From a virus (Duplodnaviria; Heunggongvirae; Uroviricota; Caudoviricetes), in the IMG/VR virus record IMGVR_UViG_2630968911_000004, positions 1-10,949 of that record: a stretch of 10,949 nt of DNA; one strand, 5' to 3'. The notes under the pieces are model-generated. The model was not told the DNA's origin. It saw only the letters and a program-made list of their open reading frames with translations, and did not search any database. Below, piece after piece: positions 1 through 6,586 of the stretch (positions within the stretch are counted from its first letter, which is position 1; every line of letters starts with the position of its first letter). Made by a program: the position numbers and the translations under genes.

Positions 1-201
1 TTACCCATTGGCGCGGCTTAAGAGCTTATTTTTGAATTCACAATGGTCACGATATAACCATCTTGCTCGCCCGTGGATAACTTTGGCTTTTGGCAGGTCG
101 CCTGACTTAATCCGGTCATAGATGAAGGTTTTACCAAAGCCAGTATCAGCCATGATGAATTTCAAATCAACCAGTGAATCAGGCTGTAGTTCGTGTTGCA
201 T
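1..201 (-). CDS. torI: Xis-like recombination directionality factor (excisionase) TorI, 66 aa, winged-helix
   Basis: ATG at 199-201 and TAA at 1-3 on the minus strand; GGAGA SD about 9 nt upstream. The 66 aa product matches my recollection of KplE1 TorI in length and sequence and is AlpA/Xis-like. The gene is complete and ends exactly at the window edge. Confidence 0.85.
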   Translation of the reverse strand: MQHELQPDSLVDLKFIMADTGFGKTFIYDRIKSGDLPKAKVIHGRARWLYRDHCEFKNKLLSRANG

Positions 202-220
202 GAGTGCTATCTCCGAATAG

Positions 221-236
221 GGAATCGAACCTGCAA
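221..236 (-). other. tRNA T-arm-like 16-mer (minus-strand TTGCAGGTTCGATTCC) in the torI upstream region
   Basis: Read directly. It contains the GGTTCGATTCC T-loop signature and matches the T-arm segment of argW tRNA-Arg as I recall it, but the flanks are not tRNA-like and the acceptor/CCA end is absent. Confidence 0.3.
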
Positions 237-332
237 ATCAGGTAATAAAAATACGCTCTATGACGGCGATGGTAGATCAGGATATTTTAAGAAACTGACA
301 GGCCTCATCGAGTGTGAGGCTGTATGGCTCCA

Positions 333-677
333 TTATTTCACCTCTTGCTGTGACATTGTTGAAAAACGGATACCAGCTCGTTGCTGCCAGACGATCCAAC
401 CGAGAGTCATATCCCATGCCATGTATTCGTTATCGCCGTTTTTTGCTCTCCGACGATCGACTGTTTTACCGAAACGCTTTTCCATAAATAATTCATAGGC
501 TGCGCGTTCATCTGGCTCAACTTCCAGAGATGCCAGTGCAATCCGTGCCAGTTCTAAATCATTTTCAAGCTCAGCGCGAATCTCAGCGAATGCACTCTGT
601 GTTAAGGCGAACTCAATGCTCTGCACTTTATTCCGTGCGCGCTCAAGCAGTGCATGGTAGTTAATTTCGGTTGTCAT
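333..677 (-). CDS. hypothetical protein, 114 aa
   Basis: Its ATG at 675-677 overlaps the TGA of the upstream PAPS-reductase-like gene (ATGA overlap), supporting translational coupling. No recognisable domain. Confidence 0.65.
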   Translation of the reverse strand: MTTEINYHALLERARNKVQSIEFALTQSAFAEIRAELENDLELARIALASLEVEPDERAAYELFMEKRFGKTVDRRRAKNGDNEYMAWDMTLGWIVWQQRAGIRFSTMSQQEVK

Positions 678-1552
678 ACCCCTACCTCTTCGAATTCCAA
701 TTCCAATTGATCACCCCAGATTTCACATGACTCTGAACACGAACCGGTATCGAATCGCCTGGCCTGTACCATCGCCTGATACAAATTTCTGTAGTCGCTG
801 TTGGCAGACATTCTGGCAATTCCGTCAAGCGTCAGGTGACCACGGTACATAATGTCTTTACCTGTTCTGCGATGACCATCCCTGACGTGTTTGCCTGTAA
901 CCAGCTCATTAAAAACTCGCATCAGACCTGGTTCGTCTTTACATGCAAGCTCCAGCTTTTGCGTTGACTTTTTGATGCAGAAAACACAGTTCCCGAGATG
1001 CTCCGGGATTTGCAAATCAAAAGGTTGTTTTCGCCACCACCGGATAACATCCGACTTATCAAAATCTGACAGCTCGGCAAGATACCGGACGCCCGATTTC
1101 GGTTTCAGCCTACGGGGTTCGTCTGCACGAATACCCAGCCATGTGATGTAATTACCTCGCCCGAAATGGTTATCGCAGTATTTCGTGAAAGGGATGAGTT
1201 TTAGCCTGTCAGTACAGAACGCGCCGCCGATGTATGGCGTGCCGTACTTTTTAACCATGTCCATAAACGGTTTAAGCACCGGCATTCGTGTCTGAATATC
1301 CTTTGGCTCCCATTCTGTATAACCATTTGGCTGCCCAAGCTCAGGATTTATATCGACTTGTAACACAGTTAGTGGTATGTCCCAGAACTTTACAACCTCC
1401 CGGATAAAGCGGTATGTCAGCGGATGTTCGCAACCGGTATCCATAAAGATGTAGCAGACGTTATTGCCAGCCTTTCTTTGTTCTTCCATCAGGTGAACAA
1501 GATATGCGGATGTTCTCCCGCCAGAAAAACTAACTACATGAGTTATGCACAT
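674..1552 (-). CDS. PAPS reductase-like / PP-loop ATP pyrophosphatase family protein, about 292 aa
   Basis: N-terminal VVSFSGGRTSAYLVHLM is a PP-loop SGGxxS-type motif typical of the PAPS_reduct fold; C-terminal Cys clusters (GNCVFC, CSESC). Start chosen at ATG 1550-1552, which overlaps the stop of the upstream HD gene (ATGTGCATAA). The 331 aa track ORF's upstream extension is read through the preceding gene and rejected. Confidence 0.75.
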   Translation of the reverse strand: MCITHVVSFSGGRTSAYLVHLMEEQRKAGNNVCYIFMDTGCEHPLTYRFIREVVKFWDIPLTVLQVDINPELGQPNGYTEWEPKDIQTRMPVLKPFMDMVKKYGTPYIGGAFCTDRLKLIPFTKYCDNHFGRGNYITWLGIRADEPRRLKPKSGVRYLAELSDFDKSDVIRWWRKQPFDLQIPEHLGNCVFCIKKSTQKLELACKDEPGLMRVFNELVTGKHVRDGHRRTGKDIMYRGHLTLDGIARMSANSDYRNLYQAMVQARRFDTGSCSESCEIWGDQLELEFEEVGV

Positions 1553-2079
1553 TTGCGTAATTCCGATAACTCGTTGAAGCGTTCCATAAACATCCCGTAG
1601 GCATGGCCCGGTGCCAGTGGAATAACTTTGAACATCTCTGTTGCCGGGATACCTTCCAGTACAGGCCATAAAGAGCCATCATCAAGCCCGAGATCACGGC
1701 GTTCGGTTGCCAGCATAATGAGATCGGCATATTTCACTGGCGTGCTCATAACAGGAGGTAACCCGTATTTCTCACGGATTACTGCATCTATTTTTTCTTC
1801 CATCCGTTTATAGTCAGGAAGAAGGCGTTTCAGTGGTGCGGGGATGTCCTGGCAATACGCTTCTGTTGCATCATGCATTAACGCTTCAAAAGCAAATTCC
1901 TGCGGCACCAGCTGGCTGCAAAGCACCGCATGTTGGGCGACACTGTAGAAGTGAGAAAGATGACCGGCAAAGCGACAGATATTTGAAAGGGAAACCGCGA
2001 TATCGTTAATCACGATGTCGTCTTTATTTATCTTGTCATAATAAAAATGCTTCCCGGAAAAAGTTTTAATAAATGACAT
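1543..2079 (-). CDS. yfdR: HD-domain phosphohydrolase, 178 aa (YfdR-like)
   Basis: H...HD metal-binding motifs (SVAQHAV, LMHDATEAY). Start set at ATG 2077-2079, preceded by GGAG with 6 nt spacing; this gives 178 aa, the length of K-12 YfdR. The track's longer ORF begins at a non-ATG codon at 2104-2106. Confidence 0.8.
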   Translation of the reverse strand: MSFIKTFSGKHFYYDKINKDDIVINDIAVSLSNICRFAGHLSHFYSVAQHAVLCSQLVPQEFAFEALMHDATEAYCQDIPAPLKRLLPDYKRMEEKIDAVIREKYGLPPVMSTPVKYADLIMLATERRDLGLDDGSLWPVLEGIPATEMFKVIPLAPGHAYGMFMERFNELSELRKCA

Positions 2080-2172
2080 TTTGTTCTCCACGTATATGCG
2101 CTGCACCGCGCTGAGTTTGGGTAAAAGGAAGCCCTCACCATCCGGTGATTATTGAGTTAATTACGTTTCCAT

Positions 2173-2194
2173 AAATGCCCCCGCAGGGGCATTT
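2173..2194 (-). terminator. GC-rich hairpin (AAATGCCCC-CGCA-GGGGCATTT) between yfdQ and yfdR; possible attenuator or intra-operon terminator
   Basis: Perfect 9 bp stem with 4 nt loop read directly. The downstream U-tract on the minus strand is weak (AUUUAUGG), so function is uncertain. Confidence 0.35.
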
Positions 2195-2206
2195 GCAGTA
2201 ATGAAA

Positions 2207-3031
2207 TCAGGCGGTGAAAGTACCAATAAAGGTTTCTACTTTGCTGTCTTTGAATTTCTCAACAAGCAGATCACGAAATTCGTTAGCCATATCTTCCTGC
2301 ACCGCTTCCAGCTGAATAATGCGCAGAACCAGTACAGGACGATCGCCAGTGATAATGCTGAGGCGTAATTTAAACGGACGTTCTTTCAGACCTTCAAACG
2401 GAACGCATTTAAATTCAAATGCCACTGGCATAATGTCTTTGGTCTTCGCTTCGACAGATTCCATCAGGGAGCGTTTGCCGCTGAAGTCATTATCTTCAAA
2501 ATCAGCGGTCTGGTTTGCTTCAATCGTGATTTTACGGATTGCCGCAGCCGCTTTTGTTGCCTGAATGGCGTCACCATTAGCATCAAAGCCCACAAGGTAG
2601 TCGGCCCAGTCTTCAATCCATTCTGCCAGTGATTTCTGGGAGTTACGCTCGCCGTTAACAGACAACAGGGCAGAGAACGGTGCTGTCTTTTTCAGTTTGA
2701 GAGTGGCGGTGTTATCTGCGTGACCTGGTTCATCAATAGTACCCAGGTTAAGCACACTGACGGCACGCATATTATCAGCATCGATAAAGCAGCGGGTGCC
2801 TTCATCTGCAAGATCTTTAGAATAACGGGTAAAGTCATCGATGCTGGCAGTGGAAAGCGCACCACGGAAACGGAAGCGATTTAAATTAAATTTTTCCAGA
2901 TCATGAATGCGGAAATTCTCAGGCAATGCCACAGCATCGGCACCAATCTTACTGATAATTTCATTAACACCCTGAGCAGAAATAAGGGCATGGATTTGAT
3001 TAATTGCGGTTGCGTCTAAGTTCTGAGACAT
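2207..3031 (-). CDS. yfdQ: uncharacterized prophage protein, 274 aa (YfdQ-like)
   Basis: Clean 274 aa ORF with ATG at 3029-3031 and GAGGA SD 7 nt upstream. Length and position (between yfdP and yfdR) match K-12 KplE1 YfdQ as recalled. Confidence 0.8.
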
Positions 3032-3096
3032 AATAAGTCCTCACTATATTAAGATATTCAGTGATGAGATAAATAATCAGTTAATTAAGAACGATA

Positions 3097-3459
3097 TTAA
3101 TGACCTGCTGCGCGGAGTTTTCCGTCAGGCTCACCGGCAAGAGTCAGTAATTGTCCCTGGTCTTCCTGCAGAATAGTCAGGCGACCACCGCGATTGACAT
3201 ACATCGGCGTTTCGGTGGTGTCTTCTTCGGAAATTTTCCCACGGTTAGTCGGGCGAACATATGAGAGTTTGTGTTTGATTTTCACACGGTTCTCATCAAA
3301 TGGTTCGATTTCCAGGTTGAGTGAGACCTTACCTTTGGTTTTCGTGTTCATCACACCGGAAGCGACTTCACTGAGAACTGCGCCGATTTTGGTTTCAAAT
3401 ACGCCGCCGTCCAGCTCCCCGATAAATGCCTGCACATCAGTACTGCGTTCGCTAGCCAT
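3097..3459 (-). CDS. yfdP: uncharacterized prophage protein, 120 aa (YfdP-like)
   Basis: Internal ATG at 3457-3459 preceded by GAGGAG SD; product MASERSTDVQAFIGELDGG... is 120 aa. The track ORF's upstream extension to 3777 is Arg-rich, lacks an RBS and is rejected. Confidence 0.75.
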   Translation of the reverse strand: MASERSTDVQAFIGELDGGVFETKIGAVLSEVASGVMNTKTKGKVSLNLEIEPFDENRVKIKHKLSYVRPTNRGKISEEDTTETPMYVNRGGRLTILQEDQGQLLTLAGEPDGKLRAAGH

Positions 3460-3479
3460 TTTGCTGCTCCTCATCATAT

Positions 3480-3896
3480 CGACCCTGCAAGGCCGATTAG
3501 TTTCTCCACAAAACAGAGAAGAACACCTGCGGTGGCAGCCGCCCGGATGGATTGGGTTATGAGCCCGTCGTCCGGTGATGCTCTTCTCTGTTTTGTAAAA
3601 AGGACGGTACCAGCCGGAAGCAAGGGTACAAACTGGTACCGCCAGGACTACACACAGCATAAAGTTGTGGTGCCGGGTGCCTCCCGGTGCCTGGCGAAGG
3701 TTGCACACCAGACGGGTGGGTATCCACAGAAGGTCGACTGTCAGCCTCAACCTTAACCCGCGTGCGCTGAGCCGCATTCACCACAACGCCAAGGATTCTC
3801 TTTGGTTGAAAATACTTAGCTGTTATGTGCCTGTCTTTTCACCACTTCAGGCTCGGTGGTATCCTTTTAAGCCCGTATACATAAAAGGAAAATCAA
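3480..3896. other. GC-rich non-coding island with nested inverted repeats; candidate structured RNA or cis-acting site
   Basis: No protein-like frame on either strand. 15 bp perfect inverted repeat 3508-3522 / 3582-3596 encloses a 59 nt GC-rich segment with internal GCGG/CCGC and CCGGA/TCCGG pairings; 8 bp stem GGTACCAG / CTGGTACC at 3606-3613 / 3633-3640; tandem CCGGGTGCCT / CCCGGTGCCT. Confidence 0.3.
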
Positions 3897-4142
3897 ATGA
3901 CTTTTGATGAAAAAGAACTTGATAATGCAATTAATAAAATCATCGTAACGTCGCTCTTTTCCTGTCTCAGCGACACTCAGCAGAAACAGTTCTACGAATC
4001 GGCTTTCAACATGATCGAGAGTTGTTGTTTCTGCGATGCCGACGAGTTACCTGAAATAATCAGGAAACAGTTGGCTGATGCTCTTCGAGTGCGACTTTCT
4101 GACCAATTTTCTGAAATGTGCTCTCCGAATTTGGACAAATAG
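3897..4142 (+). CDS. hypothetical small acidic Cys-containing protein, 81 aa
   Basis: ATG 3897 preceded by AAGGAA SD at 6 nt; plausible helical C-terminus. Its 3' end overlaps the convergent minus-strand ORF 4060..4335 by 83 nt, so one of the two may be mis-called. Confidence 0.5.
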   Translation: MTFDEKELDNAINKIIVTSLFSCLSDTQQKQFYESAFNMIESCCFCDADELPEIIRKQLADALRVRLSDQFSEMCSPNLDK

Positions 4143-4335
4143 AAAAAGGCCATTTCCATTCAGGGTCTGATGGAAATACTTCAGCCTGTTCCAAAGCACG
4201 GCGTAAAGAGAATACAACTCCAGCCATAGCCTGATGTTTCCCATTGGTCCAGCTATCGCCGCTCTGATCTACAGGAGCGGCTATGTCGTATGACCAAACG
4301 ACTTCACCACTATTGTTTAAAATCTGGACTTTCAT
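4060..4335 (-). CDS. hypothetical protein, 91 aa
   Basis: ATG 4333-4335 with GGAGG upstream (spacing about 12 nt) and 8 nt downstream of the ClpX-ZBD-like gene, so operonic. N-terminal 60 aa look protein-like; the C-terminal 28 aa are antisense to ORF 3897..4142. Confidence 0.5.
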   Translation of the reverse strand: MKVQILNNSGEVVWSYDIAAPVDQSGDSWTNGKHQAMAGVVFSLRRALEQAEVFPSDPEWKWPFSICPNSESTFQKIGQKVALEEHQPTVS

Positions 4336-4343
4336 TTTGTTCT

Positions 4344-4547
4344 TTAACCTCCAGATTTCCGCGCATCTAAAGGTGCATTCTCATTTGGTGTGAACTGAAT
4401 AGTTGTGCTGATATTGATTAATGCTCCGACACACAAGACTACGCACTCAGAGCAGATAGCAACTTCATCTTTTCCGCCTTTGGCGATGATTTTTTTTGCC
4501 TGCAGCTCGTTTGCGCCACAAAACGAGCATGTGAAATAACGGTTCAT
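4344..4547 (-). CDS. stand-alone ClpX-type zinc-binding-domain (zf-C4_ClpX-like) protein, 67 aa
   Basis: FTCSFCGANELQAKKIIAKGGKDEVAICSECVVLC aligns with the ClpX N-terminal zinc-binding domain as recalled ([32 protein letters not shown]), including all four Cys. Start set at the second ATG (4545-4547), which has a weak GAGAG SD; the first ATG (4565) has none. Confidence 0.65.
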   Translation of the reverse strand: MNRYFTCSFCGANELQAKKIIAKGGKDEVAICSECVVLCVGALINISTTIQFTPNENAPLDARKSGG

Positions 4548-4649
4548 TTGCGCTCTCTTACACATAGTATTTAACGAATCATCCGGTCATTCATACGCCA
4601 CCGGCGGCTACTTCGTGGGCGTCCTGCCTGTTCGTTATCTTTGACATAA

Positions 4650-4678
4650 AATCTAACTTAACTTAGTTATTATGGCAA
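4650..4678 (-). promoter_or_regulatory. candidate leftward early promoter (PL-like) with an overlapping CTTAGTT operator-like repeat
   Basis: Minus strand: -35 TTGCCA (plus 4673-4678), 17 nt spacer, -10 TAGATT (plus 4650-4655). The spacer contains one copy of the CTTAGTT heptamer that recurs in the OR region. No experimental support; sigma-70 fit is moderate. Confidence 0.3.
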
Positions 4679-4709
4679 GAGAAAACACCAAACTTTTCTT
4701 AGTTCGGTG
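4676..4709 (-). terminator. candidate intrinsic terminator downstream of the cI-like repressor
   Basis: Minus-strand RNA CACCGAACU-AAGAAA-AGUUUGGUG (9 bp stem with one G-U pair) followed by UUUUCUCUUG, beginning about 22 nt after the repressor stop. Confidence 0.4.
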
Positions 4710-4731
4710 CCTTAGTTAGAGAAGAGAGGTC

Positions 4732-5358
4732 TTAGAGTTCGTATTGAACTCCTTTGACTACACCAATGATAAGGCAATTACCATTGATAGGGATGTTGGG
4801 ATACCGAGGATTTAATGGCACTAAAAACTTTTGAGGGCCATCGATGACTAATTTTTTTACTGTAGCTTCGTTTGTTCCATCAAGTCGAGCGATGACTATT
4901 TTTCCATGACGAGGTTCTGCATCTGGATCTACAATCACTGTTGCGCCTTCTGGTATTGTTGGGAGGCCATTAGGGTTAGTCATGGAGTCACCTTTAACCT
5001 CTAATGCAAATGAGTTATCACCAATCTTTAATGATGTATCTACCCACTTGTCCACTTCACTAAACACTTCTGCTGCCCTGCACTCAGTAAACTGCCCAGC
5101 CTGAACCCACGATATTACAGGAACTCTGCGCATGTTTGTGACGAGTTTGCCTTCAAACTCAGCACCATAAAGAATGTAATCTATTGACGTATTGAAGAAC
5201 TTCGCTAATTTCGAAAGTGCCTCCCCACCAGGGGTATTGATGTCTTTCTCCCAGTACCCCACAGCAACGTCGCTTACTCCACAAAATTTACCCAATTCTT
5301 TCTGGGACGTTCTGGTAACTCTTCTCAGAGCTTTTATACGCTGACCAACCGTTTCCAT
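4732..5358 (-). CDS. CI-like prophage repressor, 208 aa (N-terminal HTH, C-terminal S24/LexA-type autopeptidase)
   Basis: N-terminal HTH_XRE-like segment (QKELGKFCGVSDVAVGYWEKD) and C-terminal GDSM catalytic-Ser motif with a downstream Lys. Divergent from the Cro-like gene. Confidence 0.9.
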   Translation of the reverse strand: METVGQRIKALRRVTRTSQKELGKFCGVSDVAVGYWEKDINTPGGEALSKLAKFFNTSIDYILYGAEFEGKLVTNMRRVPVISWVQAGQFTECRAAEVFSEVDKWVDTSLKIGDNSFALEVKGDSMTNPNGLPTIPEGATVIVDPDAEPRHGKIVIARLDGTNEATVKKLVIDGPQKFLVPLNPRYPNIPINGNCLIIGVVKGVQYEL

Positions 5359-5455
5359 AGGAGCACCATTTCTTGAATTGCTAAGTAATCTTAGTTTTTA
5401 TTGACCAAAGATAGATTTGTAATTAGCATCTAATAAAACTTAGTTTGGAGGGCGT
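5359..5455. promoter_or_regulatory. divergent OR-like regulatory region between repressor and cro-like gene, with a PR candidate and a palindromic operator candidate
   Basis: Plus strand: -35 TTGACC (5401-5406), 17 nt spacer, -10 TAGCAT (5424-5429), GGAGG SD at about 5447-5451 before ATG 5456. Palindrome CTAAG-TAAT-CTTAG at 5381-5394; further CTTAGTT at 5438-5444. Confidence 0.5.
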
Positions 5456-5656
5456 ATGACAACTGACGATATCGAAAGCTACTTCGGCAGTATTGAGAAA
5501 GTTGCTGCTTTTTTCGGCATAACAACTGAAGCCGTTTATCAGTGGCGAAACCGTCCGGGCCAGTTAATTCCAAAAGGACGTGCAGCAGAAGCTGCATATA
5601 GAACTTGCGGACGGTTGCCATTTAAACCTGAGCTTTATGAAAAATCTAATGGATAA
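5456..5656 (+). CDS. Cro-like HTH regulator, 66 aa (YdaS/Cro family-like)
   Basis: Small basic protein immediately downstream of the PR candidate, divergent from the repressor. Central segment (SIEKVAAFFGITTEAVYQWRNRPGQLIP) resembles the YdaS/Cro-type HTH. Confidence 0.8.
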   Translation: MTTDDIESYFGSIEKVAAFFGITTEAVYQWRNRPGQLIPKGRAAEAAYRTCGRLPFKPELYEKSNG

Positions 5657-6251
5657 ATCGATTAACAGAAACCACAGAACGATGAGGCTAACCGTGGGTA
5701 AGCATCACTGGAAAGTAGAAAAACAGCCTGAGTGGTACGTGAAAGCTGTCAGAAAAACTATCGCAAAGTTGCCGGGTGGTTACGCTGAAGCAGCTGACTG
5801 GCTGGATGTAACAGAGAACGCATTATTTAACCGCCTTCGTGCTGATGGCGATCAGATTTTCCCGCTGGGATGGGCAATGATTTTGCAACGTGCTGGTGGA
5901 ACTCACTTCATTGCTGATGCTGTGGCGCAGTCTGCTAATGGCGTCTTTGTGTCTCTTCCTGACGTCGAGGATGTGGACAACGCCGATATTAACCAGCGTC
6001 TGCTGGAAGTCATTGAACAGATCGGCAGTTATTCAAAACAGATTCGTTCAGCAATCGAAGACGGTGTAGTGGAACCGCATGAGAAGACAGCAATTAACGA
6101 CGAGCTGTATCTCTCAATTTCGAAGCTGCAGGAGCATGCAGCACTTGTCTACAAAATTTTTTGCATTTCAGAAAGTAATGACGCCCGCGAGTGTGCAGCT
6201 CCGGGCGTCGTGGCGTCGATTGCTTCTGGTTGTGGAGAAACTAACGCATGA
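5637..6251 (+). CDS. CII-like regulatory protein (phage 186 CII / Phage_CP76 family-like), about 204 aa
   Basis: Located immediately after cro. Segment [36 protein letters not shown] follows the pattern of the phage 186 CII core as I recall it. Start is uncertain: ATG 5637 or 5649, or the GTG 5580 used by the track; none has a strong SD. Confidence 0.65.
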   Translation: MKNLMDKSINRNHRTMRLTVGKHHWKVEKQPEWYVKAVRKTIAKLPGGYAEAADWLDVTENALFNRLRADGDQIFPLGWAMILQRAGGTHFIADAVAQSANGVFVSLPDVEDVDNADINQRLLEVIEQIGSYSKQIRSAIEDGVVEPHEKTAINDELYLSISKLQEHAALVYKIFCISESNDARECAAPGVVASIASGCGETNA

Positions 6252-6586
6252 ACAGTTTAACAACACACTACCGTCGCTCGCAACTGATTGCGCTTCCTGT
6301 ACCGGGTGGAAAAGCGAAGGTGGAGTATTGCTATGCAGTAAATGTACCAGGTGACAGGGAAATTGTAACCCACAGCTTTGCAGAGTGGGCTGTGGGTGAT
6401 TTCAACCGGCAGAAGGAGACAGTCCTTTGCGACAAGTTAACCGCTGGTTCAAAGATCACTACGGAGTGCCCGTCAGAGTCATTCGTTGGGAGCCGGAAAC
6501 ACAACGGGTTATCTACCTCCGCGAAGGCTATGAGCATGAGTGCTTCAGTCCGCTCGAACAGTTTCGTCGTAAATTCAGGGAAATAG
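6248..6586 (+). CDS. hypothetical protein; 3' portion is probably out of frame (frameshift or pseudogene)
   Basis: ATG 6248 overlaps the TGA of the CII-like gene (ATGA). The first 60 aa look protein-like but the C-terminal third is Ser-rich and junk-like, while a different frame is clearly protein-like from about 6430 to 6603. Confidence 0.35.
   Translation: MNSLTTHYRRSQLIALPVPGGKAKVEYCYAVNVPGDREIVTHSFAEWAVGDFNRQKETVLCDKLTAGSKITTECPSESFVGSRKHNGLSTSAKAMSMSASVRSNSFVVNSGK

Noticed and set aside
205-245. Possible tRNA gene suggested by the GGTTCGATTCC T-loop-like motif
   Set aside because: No cloverleaf can be built: the flanks lack acceptor, D and anticodon arms and a CCA-proximal acceptor strand. 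Reported only as a T-arm-like 16-mer.
193-498. Plus-strand 101 aa ORF spanning the torI upstream region and the 3' end of the 114 aa gene
   Set aside because: Antisense to two better-supported genes, no RBS, Cys/Arg-rich junk-like composition.
891-1151. Plus-strand 86 aa ORF inside the PAPS-reductase-like gene
   Set aside because: Entirely antisense to a domain-bearing gene; Ser/Arg-rich with no start context.
1553-1669. N-terminal extension of the PAPS-reductase-like ORF (track start at 1669); also ORFs 1530..1730 (-) and 1628..1813 (+)
   Set aside because: The extension overlaps the 3' end of the HD-domain gene in another frame; the ATG at 1552 sits in a coupling overlap with that gene's stop. 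The other two ORFs are shadows of the HD gene.
3573-3582. Similarity of GGTGATGCT to the IS1 terminal inverted repeat
   Set aside because: Only about 9 nt match, no transposase ORF and no matching second end; consistent with chance.
3508-3596. Possible retron msr-msd or integron attC-like site suggested by the 15 bp flanking inverted repeat
   Set aside because: No reverse transcriptase or integron integrase anywhere in the window; spacing and motifs do not fit retron a1/a2 or attC core rules. Kept only as an unclassified structured element.
3460-3777. Upstream extension of the yfdP ORF (226 aa track ORF), and ORFs 3194..3562 (+), 3532..3756 (+), 3557..3784 (-), 3665..3907 (+)
   Set aside because: Arg/Pro-rich, non-protein-like translations with no RBS. 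yfdP has a clean GAGGAG-ATG start at 3459 giving the expected 120 aa; the region is better explained as non-coding structured DNA or RNA.
4641-4669. Plus-strand promoter using the perfect TTGACA at 4641-4646
   Set aside because: No acceptable -10 at 16-18 nt spacing (TAGTTA or AGTTAT); it would fire antisense into the repressor gene. Left as a low-probability alternative within the OL-region finding.
6079-6354. Frame-1 ORF of 91 aa with a CxxC...CxxC motif ([20 protein letters not shown]) after the CII-like stop
   Set aside because: It starts deep inside the CII-like gene with an Arg-rich junk-like N-terminus and no RBS. The zinc-ribbon-like motif alone is insufficient, though it remains a minor alternative reading of 6250-6354.
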